Source of the DNA: Octopus vulgaris
Lineage: Eukaryota
Reading direction: 5' to 3'
DNA: 64,000 bases
Assembly: GCA_951406725.2 (NCBI GenBank)
Contig: OX597826.1
Coordinates: forward strand, 34,224,001 to 34,288,000
This document shows, piece after piece, positions 12,251 to 23,803 of this stretch. A model generated the notes under the pieces. It saw only the letters and a list, made by a program, of their open reading frames with translations. It ran no database searches and was not told where the DNA came from. The translations under genes and the position numbers were made by a program. Every line of letters starts with the position of its first letter. Positions within the stretch are counted from its first letter, which is position 1.

Positions 12251-14639
12251 GATGGAGTCTATAATTAATACTAACTTAAAACTAATGATTTTCTTTTCCT
12301 CCCAGGTATAATATTAATTAGGAAATATTTCTTGCGAGCTGACGACATCAAATACGTTGATTCCCACTTAACTATGTTTTTCAAGCAGAAACATACCCTT
12401 GGAAATATTCCCCTCTCATGCATCCTAAAGCTGTCACACGGTTCTGTTAAAGCATATTTTTAAAAATTACATTGTCATATTGTCACCCCTTTTAAAGATT
12501 TTAAGATGTAATTTTGAGAGTGATTTAGCTATTATTTCTAGCAATTTCAGCGATGTATTGGGAACACTCAGTGTCAAGACTGTAGCAAAATTGTGTTATG
12601 TACAGACTGTCACATTCATTTTGATGCATTAATGCACGGCATGATAAAAATATGATCTGTTGTTGTACTGAACGAGAGAGAGCGAGAGAAGGAGATGGAG
12701 AGTAAGTAAGGGAGAGAAATAAATAGAGAGAGTACGGCACAATATATTTGAGGCACTGAAGTGAGAGTTTGCTTTTAGGAACTTTGCATCAAAGAGCACC
12801 GGACATATATTTAAAAGACAAACGCACCCAAATTCTTAGATTTGCAACAGCAGCAGTCAAATTTCCTTCAGATCTTCCCCAGACTACGGTGAAGAATGCA
12901 AACCAGTCGATTTGGTTAAAAAGAGACGGTGAGCAATGACCAGAAGAATATTGAGTGAAACCTCATCTTGAGGATGGAGCCGGTGTATAATAATGTTGTC
13001 GAGAGGAAGGCCTCCAGAATGCACCATAAGCTTCTGGTATGTAGAGCTTTCAACTAGAAATGTATTTAATCGTAGAAGTAAACAGCAGCAACAGCACAAC
13101 AACAAAAACAATATCAAAGAAACAACAGCCAGTTACTTACGTGTCCCTGCCGGATCAACAAAGGGAGAAAGCAATAAAATAGAGTTCAATTGAAAAAAGG
13201 GATTTTAATCGTTTATCATTTCAGCTACTCTTTGCAAAGGCACTTATAATAGCTTAGCAATGTCACGAAGTTCCTTCTAAAAGGAACCAATAAATACATT
13301 TCTGTCAGAATTCCGTAAAAAAGAGGACAATTAAAAAGTAATTCAATGAGACTATGTTGAGAACTTGTAATCTTGTTAAGAGAGCGAGTCAAATCTTATT
13401 ATGTATATCTTGTTGCGAATTGAAAAGACTGCAGAGAGATTTGATTGCATCTTATCTGTATTTTTAGTTAAAATTACATAATCTGTGCTACAAAAAATTA
13501 CATTACTTAAACAAATCACATTTCTATTCACATTAACTGCTACTGAATATTTTCAAATACTACTTGGGCACAATATATTGGAGTAGAATGATTTGATGTG
13601 GGAAAATGCAACGTGTATGTGAGTGTGTATATATATATACATACATACACGCATACATGACTGTATGTATGTGTGTACGTATGTATTTATTGGCGTTTTA
13701 CGGAAATGGAATGGTTTAATCAAGAATGAGATGACTTAGGTATCTCTAGAAGCTTAGGGCAGACGCCATTCGTATAGCAATTCAAGATTTGTCTATTAAA
13801 TAGAACCATTTTCAAATGCCATATAGACAATTCTAGATTCACCATAAATCTTCATTTCATCAAGTATATCGTTTGTTTATTTTAGTGCACGGAAAAAGAA
13901 TGAAGACAAAAATCTACATATTTACGAAACATCTGTGATGAACTGCACATCATTTCCGCACACTATCATATTGATACGCAGATACACAAGCGAATATATA
14001 TTCATATATACGCGAAAACTATTAATACTTATTCAGTTAAAAGATACAAAACATATTCTTAACGTTGATTCTATTAATTCTTAGTTCTAAATTCAAATAG
14101 AGAGAGAACAGATTTAAATATCGTAAAACTATAATAAACCTTATTTCCAGATTAAACAGGTAATAAAAAGACAAGCTGGCTAGAAATGTCCAACAACAAT
14201 ATGCACGATCATATAAAACGAAGAAACAAAAGAATATTTCTTCTAGGCTATTTTCGCAAATAACTAATCTCTTTCACTTCATGTGGGAGTAGATTAGATC
14301 AAATTCAGAAAACGACCTTACCATTTTTCTTATAACAAACTAAATAAACAGAAATGCTCGCTAGAACTTATCAACTTCCAGGTTTTTATAGCATTTTGCT
14401 TTCTGTCGTATAAATTTGCACCACAGAGTTGGTAAAAAGGACAGCGAAGTTAGAAGTTTGACGTCAGTTCAAATATCGCCTCCCATATATACCACTACAT
14501 ACACACACACACTACCACCACACACGAATACACACACATACACACACAAACACACACATGTGACTTAACTTGTCAATAATATTCTTTTTTAAAGTATATA
14601 TATGTATGTACATGTATATATATACATATATACATATAC

Positions 14640-14814
14640 AGGAGTGGGTGCGTGGTGAGTAGCTTGCTTCCCAACCGCATTGTTCTGGGTTCAGTCCCAC
14701 TGTGTGGCAGCTTGGGAAAGTGTCTTCTGCTATTCTCTCCAGCCGACCAAAGCCTTTGTTAGTGGATTGCATAGACGGAATCTGTGCATGTATATGTGTA
14801 TATATACATATGTG

Positions 14815-14907
<93 letters not shown>

Positions 14908-14958
14908 CATATATACATATACATGTGTACTTGTCCCCACCATCGCTTGACAACCGAT
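14640..14958 (+). mobile_element. SINE family A, 3' truncated, internal (TA)n expansion
   Basis: ggagtgggtgcgtggtgagtagcttgcttcccaacc...gccgaccaaagcc...(TA)n...tgtccccaccatcgcttgacaaccgat. Confidence 0.88.
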
Positions 14959-15001
14959 CTATGCAGGTGTGTGTGTGTGTGTGTGAGTGTGTATGAATGC
15001 A

Positions 15002-15200
15002 TGTGTCCTAATGGTTAGGTAAGTTATTCTTAAGATTCGTGGTTTCGATTTCCAGACCGGCCGCGCGTTCTTTTCTTGAGCTGAAACACATCATTTCACG
15101 TTGCTCCACTCCACTCAGCAGTAAACGGCCTACCCCGTGATGGATTAGCCTTCCGATCAAGGCGGAATGTTGTTCTCAATATGCAAGGCAACCATAAATC
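15002..15200 (+). mobile_element. SINE family C, degenerate
   Basis: cctaatggttagg...ggtttcgatttccagaccgg...tgagctgaaacacatcatttcacgttgctcc, homologous to 30822-31103. Confidence 0.7.
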
Positions 15201-15502
15201 CACGACTTAGTACGATAACAAAGACTAACTGATTTTGTTTAGTCAATCGCACATCTGAAGTGTATGAAGAGCAATTGAATTAGCGAAAGCAGTGTTTCTT
15301 TGCTAAATCATTAAATTTCTAACACATATATGTCTCCTTATGTATATGCGTATGTATGTATTTATGTATATGTGTATGTGTGTGTTGAGTGTGTAATGTT
15401 TCAACGACTCTACAACCACTACTGCCAACACTGGTATTACTATCCCTACTATTAAAACGACTACTACTACATCCCCATCACCATGTTCCCAGCTAGAATC
15501 AG

Positions 15503-15544
<42 letters not shown>

Positions 15545-16060
15545 CAGAACGATTAATGGCGCTGGCATCATTGGAAAACTGCCACTAGTACAAATAATTA
15601 TGTCTGTGGTACCATCACCATGACTACCGCTTCAAATAGTGTCAATACCTTCATCACGGCCATCCCTCACCTCTTCCTTCTCATCATCATCATCGTCGCC
15701 GTCATCATCATCATCATCTTCTTTTTCTTTTTTCTTTTTCTTTTTCTTCTTCTTATTCGTCGTTGTCGTCGTCGTTATTATTATGACTATCATCAGAATG
15801 ACCCCCAACCAATTCTACCACCCCTAAACTCAACTCCACCACCACCACGACTGCCAGCAACTACATCGTTATTGGAATCGTTATCACCAATATTTTCACT
15901 ATCGTTAACTGAACCCTTCTGCCCAGGAATTTCCAGCACCAACCAAATTCTCAAACTAACAATGCCGACAACTACCCTCAACAACAGCAGCAACAGCAGC
16001 AGCACTAGCAACAGCAGCAGCAACACTAGCAACAGCAGCAACATTAGCAACAATAGCAAC
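15503..16060. repeat. Cluster of trinucleotide low-complexity tracts (TAC, CAT, CTT, CAG/CAA)
   Basis: Direct inspection; explains ORFs 15620-16138 and 15793-16104. Confidence 0.85.
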
Positions 16061-16429
16061 AAATGGTCGCCACCCACATACCCCTTAACAATGGAAGTAA
16101 GCATCTATAGAATGTTAACTTTGATAAGTTATAATTAATTGAATTTTTTTTATATTTCTTCAATAATTAAGCGTGACTAAGATGAAAATGTCGACTATTT
16201 CAGCCGGAACACTTTCATATTCTACCTGAGGTGCTGAAGACAGGTGAAATCTTTAATTAGTTGTCTCATTACTATAATTGGACTTTAGTTAAAGAAATAA
16301 CACATGTCAACTGAGTACTGCTTACAGATAGATGGCGTCACTGTATTAGATATTCACAAAGATATAATATAGCAATGCTGTTACTAATTCGGTTACTGCA
16401 AGCATACAACGCTATTGCTGTTGCTAAAG

Positions 16430-16660
16430 CTGCACTGTAGCCTAGAGGTTACGGCATGGGTTTTACAGTCGTGAGATCGTGTGCTCGAGTCCTGAGCTCT
16501 GCAAGCACATTTTGCCGATAAGGAAGGCGCAACATTACATATTGCTCCGATCTTCTCAGCTGTAAAATTATTAGCAACTGACTGCAGGTAGACATATCTC
16601 TCTCCTCCAACAGCCACAGCTCCGAGGTTCCGTTGCATCGAGCATGACAGGTCTTAGATT
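16430..16660 (+). mobile_element. SINE family C-related, old copy
   Basis: tRNA-like tagcctagaggtta...gtgctcgagtcc, then aacattacatattgctccgatcttctcagctgtaaa resembling the 15002 copy. Confidence 0.55.
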
Positions 16661-16744
16661 GCATAGCTGAAAACAAAATACAGTATACTGCATTATTATA
16701 CGCTATACAGACAGAAGCAATCTGAAGTATTCTTTTCTACTCTA

Positions 16745-16944
16745 AGCACAGGGCCCGACATTTTTGGGGAGGGGACCAGTCAACTGGATCGACCCCAGTA
16801 CTCAACTGGTACTTAATTTAGCGACCCCGAAAGGAGGAAAAGCAGTCGTCGACCTCGGAGGAATTTGAACTCAGAACGTAAAAGCAGACAAAATACCGCT
16901 AAGCATTTCGCCCGGCGTGCTAACGTTTCTGCCAGCTCGCCACT
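16745..16944 (-). mobile_element. SINE family B
   Basis: Reverse complement of ggcgagctggcagaaacgttagcacgccgggcgaaatgcttagcggtattt...gagttcaaattcc. Confidence 0.92.
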
Positions 16945-16983
16945 TTAAGCAATGTGTAATATTACACATTCATAAGATGCTGA

Positions 16984-17370
16984 GATGGCAGAAACGTTAG
17001 CACGCCGGGCGAAATTTGTAGCCGTATTTCGTCTGCCGTTACGTTCTGAGTTCAAATTCCGCCGAGGTCGACTTTGCCTTTCATCCTTTCGGGGTCGATT
17101 AAATAAGTACCAGTTACGCACTGGGGCCGATATAATAGACTTAATCCGTTTGTCTGTCCTTGTTTGTCCTTTCTGTGTTTATCCCCTTGTGGGTAGTAAA
17201 GAAATAGGTATTACATCCGTTCTTAAGTTCTGAGTTCAAATTCTGCCAAATTGGACATTGCCTCTCATCCTTTCAGCGTCGATAAAACAAATACCGGTTG
17301 AGCACTCATGTTGATATAATCGGCTTTCTCTTTGTCTCTGAAATTTCTGGCCTTGTGCTAAAACTTGAAG
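16984..17370 (+). mobile_element. SINE family B composite: well-preserved copy with alternative tail, then a headless older-type body
   Basis: 16984-17208 ends ccccttgtgggtagtaaagaaatagg; the sequence then resumes at gtatt...gttctgagttcaaatt and ends with the usual tggccttgtgctaaaa tail. Confidence 0.88.
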
Positions 17371-17735
17371 CTGGAATTACGTGTACATACACGCACACAC
17401 AAATTTATGTCACGTCCTTATAATATTTTGATTATCTTTAAAGATGACTTCACTTATGCAGCATTTCCTAAAAAGAACCGCAGAACTGATTTTCCTCGTT
17501 TTAAGCAGAGATATACACTTGTCCATTATAAGCTGAACCTTTGCAAAGCCATTGAATAAGCTCAGATAAGTGGAATGGAACTGTTCATGAGAGCAGGCAT
17601 AAATATATATAACGTAATTTTTCCCTAGAAGCACGGGCCAACAAATGCGCTGTTTATTTCTTAAAACTCTCCTCTTTATCCTACTTTCTGATACTGCTGC
17701 TGCTGCTGTTACTACTACTACTACTACTACTACTG

Positions 17736-17771
<36 letters not shown>

Positions 17772-17854
17772 TTCCAGCTTGATACATAACAGATATTGAT
17801 CATTATAGACATAAACGTGGCTCTGTGTTCGTCTCTCTCTCTCTCTCTCTCTCT

Positions 17855-17937
<83 letters not shown>

Positions 17938-17938
<1 letters not shown>

Positions 17939-18187
17939 GCAGGAGTGGCTGTGTGGTAAGTAGCTTGCATACCAACCACATGGTTCCGGGTTTAGTCCTA
18001 CTGTGTGGCACTTTGGGCAAGTGTCTTCTACGATAGCCTCGGGCAGACGAAAGCCTTGTGAGTGGATTTGTAGACGGAAACTGAAAGAAGCGCGTCGTAT
18101 ATATACCTATATGTGTGTGTATGTGTGTGTGCGTGTGTGTTTGTGTGCCGGTGTTTGTCCCCACACCCACGATTGAAACAAATAAAA

Positions 18188-18190
<3 letters not shown>
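17938..18190 (+). mobile_element. SINE family A with 3' internal deletion, flanked by (TA)n
   Basis: ggcaggagtggctgtgtggtaagtagcttgc...gacggaaactgaaagaagc...tgaaacaaataaaagaat. Confidence 0.9.
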
Positions 18191-18227
<37 letters not shown>

Positions 18228-18770
18228 TTTCATAAATGAGGGCAAAGAAAAAATTTCTAATGCCAAATATGCCGAAAAATTGGACATATTGTCCATTAAC
18301 CATATAATTTTTTCACAATACGCACGCTACTCGAAAAAAGGTCGACAGAAATTTCTAAAAAATTCCATTATTACCATATCGGACCGATTTCAGAGTTAGC
18401 TACTAAGAGCCCTCTCTTCGTCAGTGATACATGTGGCAAAACAAATAAATGAGATACTTACTCATACCCATGGAAGAAGCAAATACTAAGTCATGGGCAC
18501 AACTAAGTACCCCAAATACATCCAAAATAGAAATACTCCAGCCCATTCGAGGCACGTGCGATTTGAACTGAGGCTCTCACAGAGTGAGTTAGTTAGTTCG
18601 GAAGTGAACGCTTAAATTTATATCAAATGTGAGGATAAAATTCTTTTCGAAAAAAAATATTTTCTCGAAAAAATTTTATCAATGGCCAGCATATTAAAAA
18701 ATACCTTTAACGGTTAAATTTATAAACAATTCATAAATGAGGGCAAAGGAAAAAAATTCTAATGCCAAAT
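18228..18770 (-). mobile_element. Non-coding HHR-bearing element (Penelope pLTR/retrozyme-like) with terminal direct repeat, period ~501 bp
   Basis: cataaatgagggcaaag...ttctaatgccaaat occurs at 18231 and 18732; contains HHR 18372-18429; homologous to 20101-20806; abuts (TA)n. Confidence 0.8.
18372..18429 (-). ncRNA. Type I hammerhead ribozyme
   Basis: Minus strand: tatca CTGACGA agag...ctct GAAA tcgg-t-ccga TA tggta; intact core, stems I, II and III all pair. Confidence 0.88.
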
Positions 18771-18777
18771 GTGTGTG

Positions 18778-18985
18778 TGATATGATCAATAAGTATCCAG
18801 ATTGTTGCCATAGTAACGAAACCAAAGCATGCAGTGTGAAGCTGCTTGGTACACATTGACCTTTAACTCTGCTGTGCATGCACACCAGGTTTTCCAGCTC
18901 ACTTCCGCTGTTTACGACACTGTTTATAAGGAAGGTGAGTAGTGTGTGAAACAGCAACATTTTGGACTTACGACTCTCACTTTCT
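18778..18985 (+). mobile_element. Probable mariner-type 5' end fragment
   Basis: gatatgatcaataagtatccagattg resembles mariner TIR starts; truncates the HHR element; no partner TIR found. Confidence 0.4.
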
Positions 18986-18994
18986 CCATGCATA

Positions 18995-19180
18995 CCTACT
19001 CATATATACACGTACACACTCTTGACAACCAGTGTTGTGTTTACGACCCTGGAACTTAGCGTTTCGGCAAAGAACTTGGTAAAATAAGTAACCAATTAAA
19101 ACAATTCTTTCGACTACAATTCTCCAAAATGGTTCTCCGTGATGACAGTAGTCCGATGATTTGATAAGTAAAAAGTAAGA
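18995..19180 (-). mobile_element. SINE family A 3' half, degenerate (body reads on + strand; orientation uncertain)
   Basis: cttgacaaccagtgttgtgtttacgaccctggaacttagcgtttcggcaaag matches the family A 3' half as written on the + strand at 49358-49412. Confidence 0.4.
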
Positions 19181-19231
19181 CATATATATATCAATATAAA
19201 TGCATGTACATGCGTAAGTACGTATACATAC

Positions 19232-19282
<51 letters not shown>

Positions 19283-19342
19283 CATACATACATACATACA
19301 TACATACATGTATACATACATATATGTATGATTATACACACA

Positions 19343-19498
19343 CAAGGAGTTGCTAAAAAAATTCCAGGCTTTGCGTAAAAGAAAATGCAGGCGGATCATT
19401 CCAGCGGTCCTTCAGTTTCCTAAGGAACTTGTAAGATTTACCCTCCAACCAGGCTTTTCGTGATAGTCTTGAAGCCAGAAGTTTTCAACACCCCCTCG
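19343..19498. mobile_element. Mariner-derived MITE/deletion derivative
   Basis: Imperfect TIRs caaggagttgctaaaaaaattccaggctt / aagccagaagttttcaacaccccctcg, followed by TA. Confidence 0.65.
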
Positions 19499-19558
19499 TA
19501 TATATACATATGCTTGTGTGTCTGTATGTGCACGTATGTATGTATGTATGTATGTATA

Positions 19559-19936
19559 CACTACCGTCAGAAATTAATTAGCACCCTTGATTTGCTCTTC
19601 ACTCAAGGTATGTGCTGTCACCTAGTGGCCATATCTCGAACTATTGCTTTGTTGCGAGTTCACTGTTGCGCAGAACGATGACGTAACTTTGTTTGCAGAG
19701 CAGTTTGAGAGTCTACAGCCTTATGATGTTGACATAGCAGTGCAACAAATTGGAGTGCAGATGCAGACAAATCTTCCTTTGTTTAATAGATATAGGTAGC
19801 GCCTCGCAAGGACCGAAATCACACCATACTAAGTTTTCTCATCGCGTAAGACGTTTTGAACAGCTCATAAGGTTAATTGATTTAACATATTTAATGTAGA
19901 AATTTGAGAAGTGCTAATTAATTTCTGACGCAAGTG
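19559..19936. mobile_element. Tc1/mariner-superfamily MITE
   Basis: 26-bp TIRs cactaccgtcagaaattaattagcac / gtgctaattaatttctgacgcaagtg with TA on both sides. Confidence 0.88.
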
Positions 19937-19954
19937 TATATATATGTATGTATG

Positions 19955-20007
<53 letters not shown>

Positions 20008-20072
20008 GTTTAAATATTTGTTGTGCAAGATTTTTTATTGGCTAAACTGGCAATATGACCATTCCGAAATAT

Positions 20073-20104
<32 letters not shown>

Positions 20105-20231
20105 CTTATAAGCAAGGGCTAAAGAAAGTTTTCTAAAGCCAATATACTGAAATCCACGTTTAATCTACTTGCTACAGAAAGTTGAACTGAAATGCAGGCA
20201 ACTCTACCTTTGGAACATTTAAATTTCGTTA

Positions 20232-20292
20232 TCTTAATATTGAATCAATTTCGGAATCAACACTATAAGTGTTCGTTCGTCTTCAGTTAAAC
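20232..20292 (-). ncRNA. Type I hammerhead ribozyme (left arm)
   Basis: Minus strand: tttaa CTGAAGA cgaacg-aacac-ttata-gtgtt-gattcc GAAA ttga-t-tcaa TA ttaag; first stem II pair is a C-C mismatch. Confidence 0.75.
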
Positions 20293-20517
20293 TTACGAGA
20301 GAATATAAGTGAGATACTCACACGTGCCTCTGGAAAACAGCGGAAGCGAATAACACAAGCACATCTGAGTAACCCCGTTATATGCAAAAATAAAAGTTCG
20401 TAGGTTAAGTCTCAGAACAACCTGTTGACTTGCCGCCGCTACATATTGTAGTGGTTACAAGTCCCCCTGCAGCAAGCAGTAATTAGTTTACTACTATTAA
20501 AAGGGATGTAGCCTTTT

Positions 20518-20578
20518 TCTTAACTGAAGACGAACGAACACTTATAGTGTTGATTCCGAAATTGATTCGATATCAAGA
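20518..20578 (+). ncRNA. Type I hammerhead ribozyme (right arm)
   Basis: tcttaa CTGAAGA (stem II 20531-20557) GAAA ttga-t-tcga TA tcaaga; predicted cleavage after 20572. Confidence 0.75.
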
Positions 20579-20808
20579 TAACGAAATTTAAATGTTCCAA
20601 AGGTAGAGTTGCCCGCATTTCAGTTCAACTTTCTGTAGCAAGTAGATTAAACGTGGATTTCAGTATATTGGCTTTAGAAAACTTTCATTAGCCCTTGCTT
20701 ATAAGATATTTATAATTTTAACCGTAAAGGTTCTTTTAATATACTGCCACAATTCCTGATGGAGTTTTTTTCTGTAGAGAAAAAGGCTACATCCCTTTTA
20801 ATAGTATA

Positions 20809-21187
20809 CTAGCAGTATCGCCCGGCGTTGCTCGGGTTTGTAAGGGAAATAACTATAAAGCATGTTTAGAGTTATAGCCAAAAAATAGCAAAAAAATGGG
20901 AAAAAAATGATGGTAAATTTTTTTAGAGTTAAAAAGGTCGAGTTGCGTCGCCTAGACAGTCTGTGGTTTGTCTTTCTGATTCTCGACCCCTTGTCGAATT
21001 TATCGATTTTTTTCAGAACTGGGGGGACTTTTCAAAATTTTCGCTGCGTTAGTTTTGAATTATGACATTGGGCTATGTGTGTGTCAAGTTTCATCAGAAT
21101 CGGTTGAAAGCCGTGGTCAGGGTGAGGGTACAACCTGACAGACACACAGACACACAGACAGACAAACTGCCGTTTATATAGAGAGAG

Positions 21188-21188
<1 letters not shown>
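20809..21188 (-). mobile_element. Non-autonomous Helitron
   Basis: Minus strand starts TCtctctatataaa, has a (CTGT/GT) microsatellite, and ends with hairpin cccgagcaacgccggg followed by CTAG; inserted between A and T with no TSD. Confidence 0.85.
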
Positions 21189-21219
<31 letters not shown>

Positions 21220-21393
21220 CTACATTGGTATCTATGCAACAGGAAAAATAGAACTGAAATATGAGTAAATGTATATCTTTATTAATATTTAGCAGAAGGA
21301 ACTGCTGGCTCAATGTCCATGAGTTTGATACGTACCATCGCATAAAACTTTCGGAATTTGAGTGGCTGTTTAAGTTCTGTTAAATATTAATAA

Positions 21394-21439
<46 letters not shown>

Positions 21440-21616
21440 CTCCCTAATATTATTATTATAATATATATATTCACGCACTATACTTGATAAATCCCATTGG
21501 ACTAGACAACTCTACAAAAAGTAAATCTTACTTGTATAAATACAACTAGATATGCACATGTAAACACACGCATATATATATGTGTGTGTATGCATATATA
21601 TATACATACGGACATA

Positions 21617-21696
<80 letters not shown>

Positions 21697-22729
21697 CGTA
21701 TATATAAATTCATACAACATGAGTACGTAGATAATTACTTCGGTAGGAAAATTGAAAAAGATAAAAATGTCTTGATGACTTCCTAATTCTTAGAATACAC
21801 TCACACGTTGCCGATACGATAGTTATATGGCTTTTTCATTCTGCATAACCTTTCAGTTTAAGATCGACTTTTAGATTTCCTGCCATACTTAACCATATAT
21901 TTCAGAATCTCAAGAGGCTCCGTTCCATTATAGAAAAATATGAAAAACATTATTTTTATTTACGTATGCTTTACGTGTTTTTCTTGTTTTCTATGTCTTC
22001 GGTAAAATGTTTTCTTGGTTCTATGCGGCCACTGTTTTGTTAAATGATATTTTACCTTATCATTGTCGATTTGCTTGTATCCAATCAGAATTCTAATGGC
22101 CTTCTCCCACTAGAATATAGTTTGAGCTTCAAGAGGGGGAAAAATCTGTCTTGCAGTATTAACCATTATCCTAATAAAAACCTTTTAAATATTTTTTTCC
22201 CCTTTTCCTCTATTTTTATCTCTCTGTTTTGCTATTGTGCTCTCTGTCTTTTTATCACCCGTTCTCTGCTTTGCTTTCTCGCTTGCTATTCTTCTGTTGG
22301 TCAACTATTCATAGAAACAATGCAATAATCTTCGACAATGAAAAAAATAGTCGTGAAAATATCTTTGTGCTATTTTTATGTAGTAAGAAAGACAAGAAGT
22401 AGACGGCTGAATATAAAGACACATGAAACTAGTAAAAGAATAGGGGGAAAAACTATTGTTACAGTTTAGCAGGAAGGTGTAAATGTTACTTTTTAGGCCG
22501 ACCACTCATAGATTCTCAACTAATGTTGGTCAACGAAAATTTTGAAGCAAAGAGACAGGGATTTCTTGTGGTAATTTTTGTACCTATACAAAATGATTTT
22601 TTGTGTTACTTTTAATTTTCATAATGTTGTTGGTGGGATTAGAAATCATTTTACCTTGTGCGGAAGAGGAGATAGTTTCAGTAACTCAACAATTTACCTT
22701 ATAATGATATTTAACATTACTCTTTCCGT

Positions 22730-22942
22730 AAGGCGGTGAGCTGGAAGAATAGATAGCAGCCCGGATAAAATGTCTAGCAGAATTTTGTCCGTATTTACAT
22801 TCTGAGTTCACATTCTACAGAGGTCGAATTTGTTTTTCATACTTTCGGGTTCGATAAAATAAGTACCAGTTGGTGACGCGAATCGATGTAATCCATTTAT
22901 CTCTCCTGAAATGTCCGGCCTTGTGCCAAAATTTCGAAACAA
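22730..22942 (+). mobile_element. SINE family B
   Basis: ggcggtgagctggaagaat...ttctgagttcac...gataaaataagtaccagtt...ggccttgtgccaaaatttcgaaac. Confidence 0.88.
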
Positions 22943-22959
22943 TATTACTTTACTCGCTA

Positions 22960-23160
22960 AGGTGGCGAGCAGGCAGAATCATTAGCATACTGGAGAACAT
23001 AGTTTGCGGAATTTGGTCAAGTGTTTACGATCTGAGTTCAAATTACGCCGAGGTCGACTTTCGGGGCCGATTAAATAATTACCATTTGATCACTGAGCTT
23101 TATGTAATTGAATTACCCCTCCCCTGAACATGCTAATACTGTGCAAAATTTGAAATCAGT
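22960..23160 (+). mobile_element. SINE family B, tandem copy
   Basis: ggtggcgagcaggcagaatcattagc...ctgagttcaaattacgccgaggtcgacttt. Confidence 0.85.
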
Positions 23161-23339
23161 ATTTCTTTATCCGTCTCTGTTGTTCAAACGCAGGCCAGCA
23201 GTTAACTGTCTCATATCATTTTCTTTTATTTAAATGTATCCTGCAGAACAAGAGTGTATTTCAGTGAATGCCTACAAAACGAATATAATGTCCCAGACAG
23301 AATGAGAATAGCTAACTAGGTGTTCCGTATCCACACTTA

Positions 23340-23803
23340 ATTGCTTCTGGATCAAGAGGGTGATTGCTGGAAGACAGTATGTCTGGCAACAGGACTCTGC
23401 ACCATGCCACACAAGCAGGAGAGCCCAGTTATGGCTGTCAGGCAATTTTTGCGACCACATCACCCCTAACCTCTGGACACCTAACTCCCCACGCTGCAAC
23501 CCCACCTTGATTATTATGTGTGGGGCGCCGTTGAGCGAGAGACGAACAAAACTACTTTTAACACCAAAGATGAACTGAAGGCAAGGATTATGGCAGCATT
23601 CACCAACTTAAACAAGAAGACCGTTCAGAATAGCTGCAGGAAATCTCGAAGTTGTCTCTAAGTCATGGAGATTTTATTGATTAAATTTACTCTATTTCAA
23701 GATATTTTTATGTAATTTTGGTAAATTTATATGTTGAAATGAGACGTCAGTGTTATTTTCATTTTTGTGTAATTTAAACGACAATATATTCACAGCACGT
23801 TGT
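23340..23803 (+). mobile_element. Tc1/mariner-superfamily transposase 3' remnant, DD37D (maT)-like
   Basis: YVWQQDSAPCHTS...WTPNSPRCNP (frameshift) LDYYVWGAVERETNK...DELKARIMAAF; 37 residues between the two Asp after frameshift repair. Confidence 0.85.

Larger units (their letters stand above)
20101..20806. mobile_element. Fold-back HHR element (inverted pLTR-like)
   Basis: 190-bp inverted arms 20101-20290 / 20520-20709 (about 4 mismatches) plus a perfect 29-bp inverted pair 20492-20520 / 20778-20806; flanked by TA tracts. Confidence 0.88.

Noticed and set aside
12780-13200. RTE-like C-terminal hints (LRFA, RGRPP...W)
   Set aside because: Too short and not in one frame
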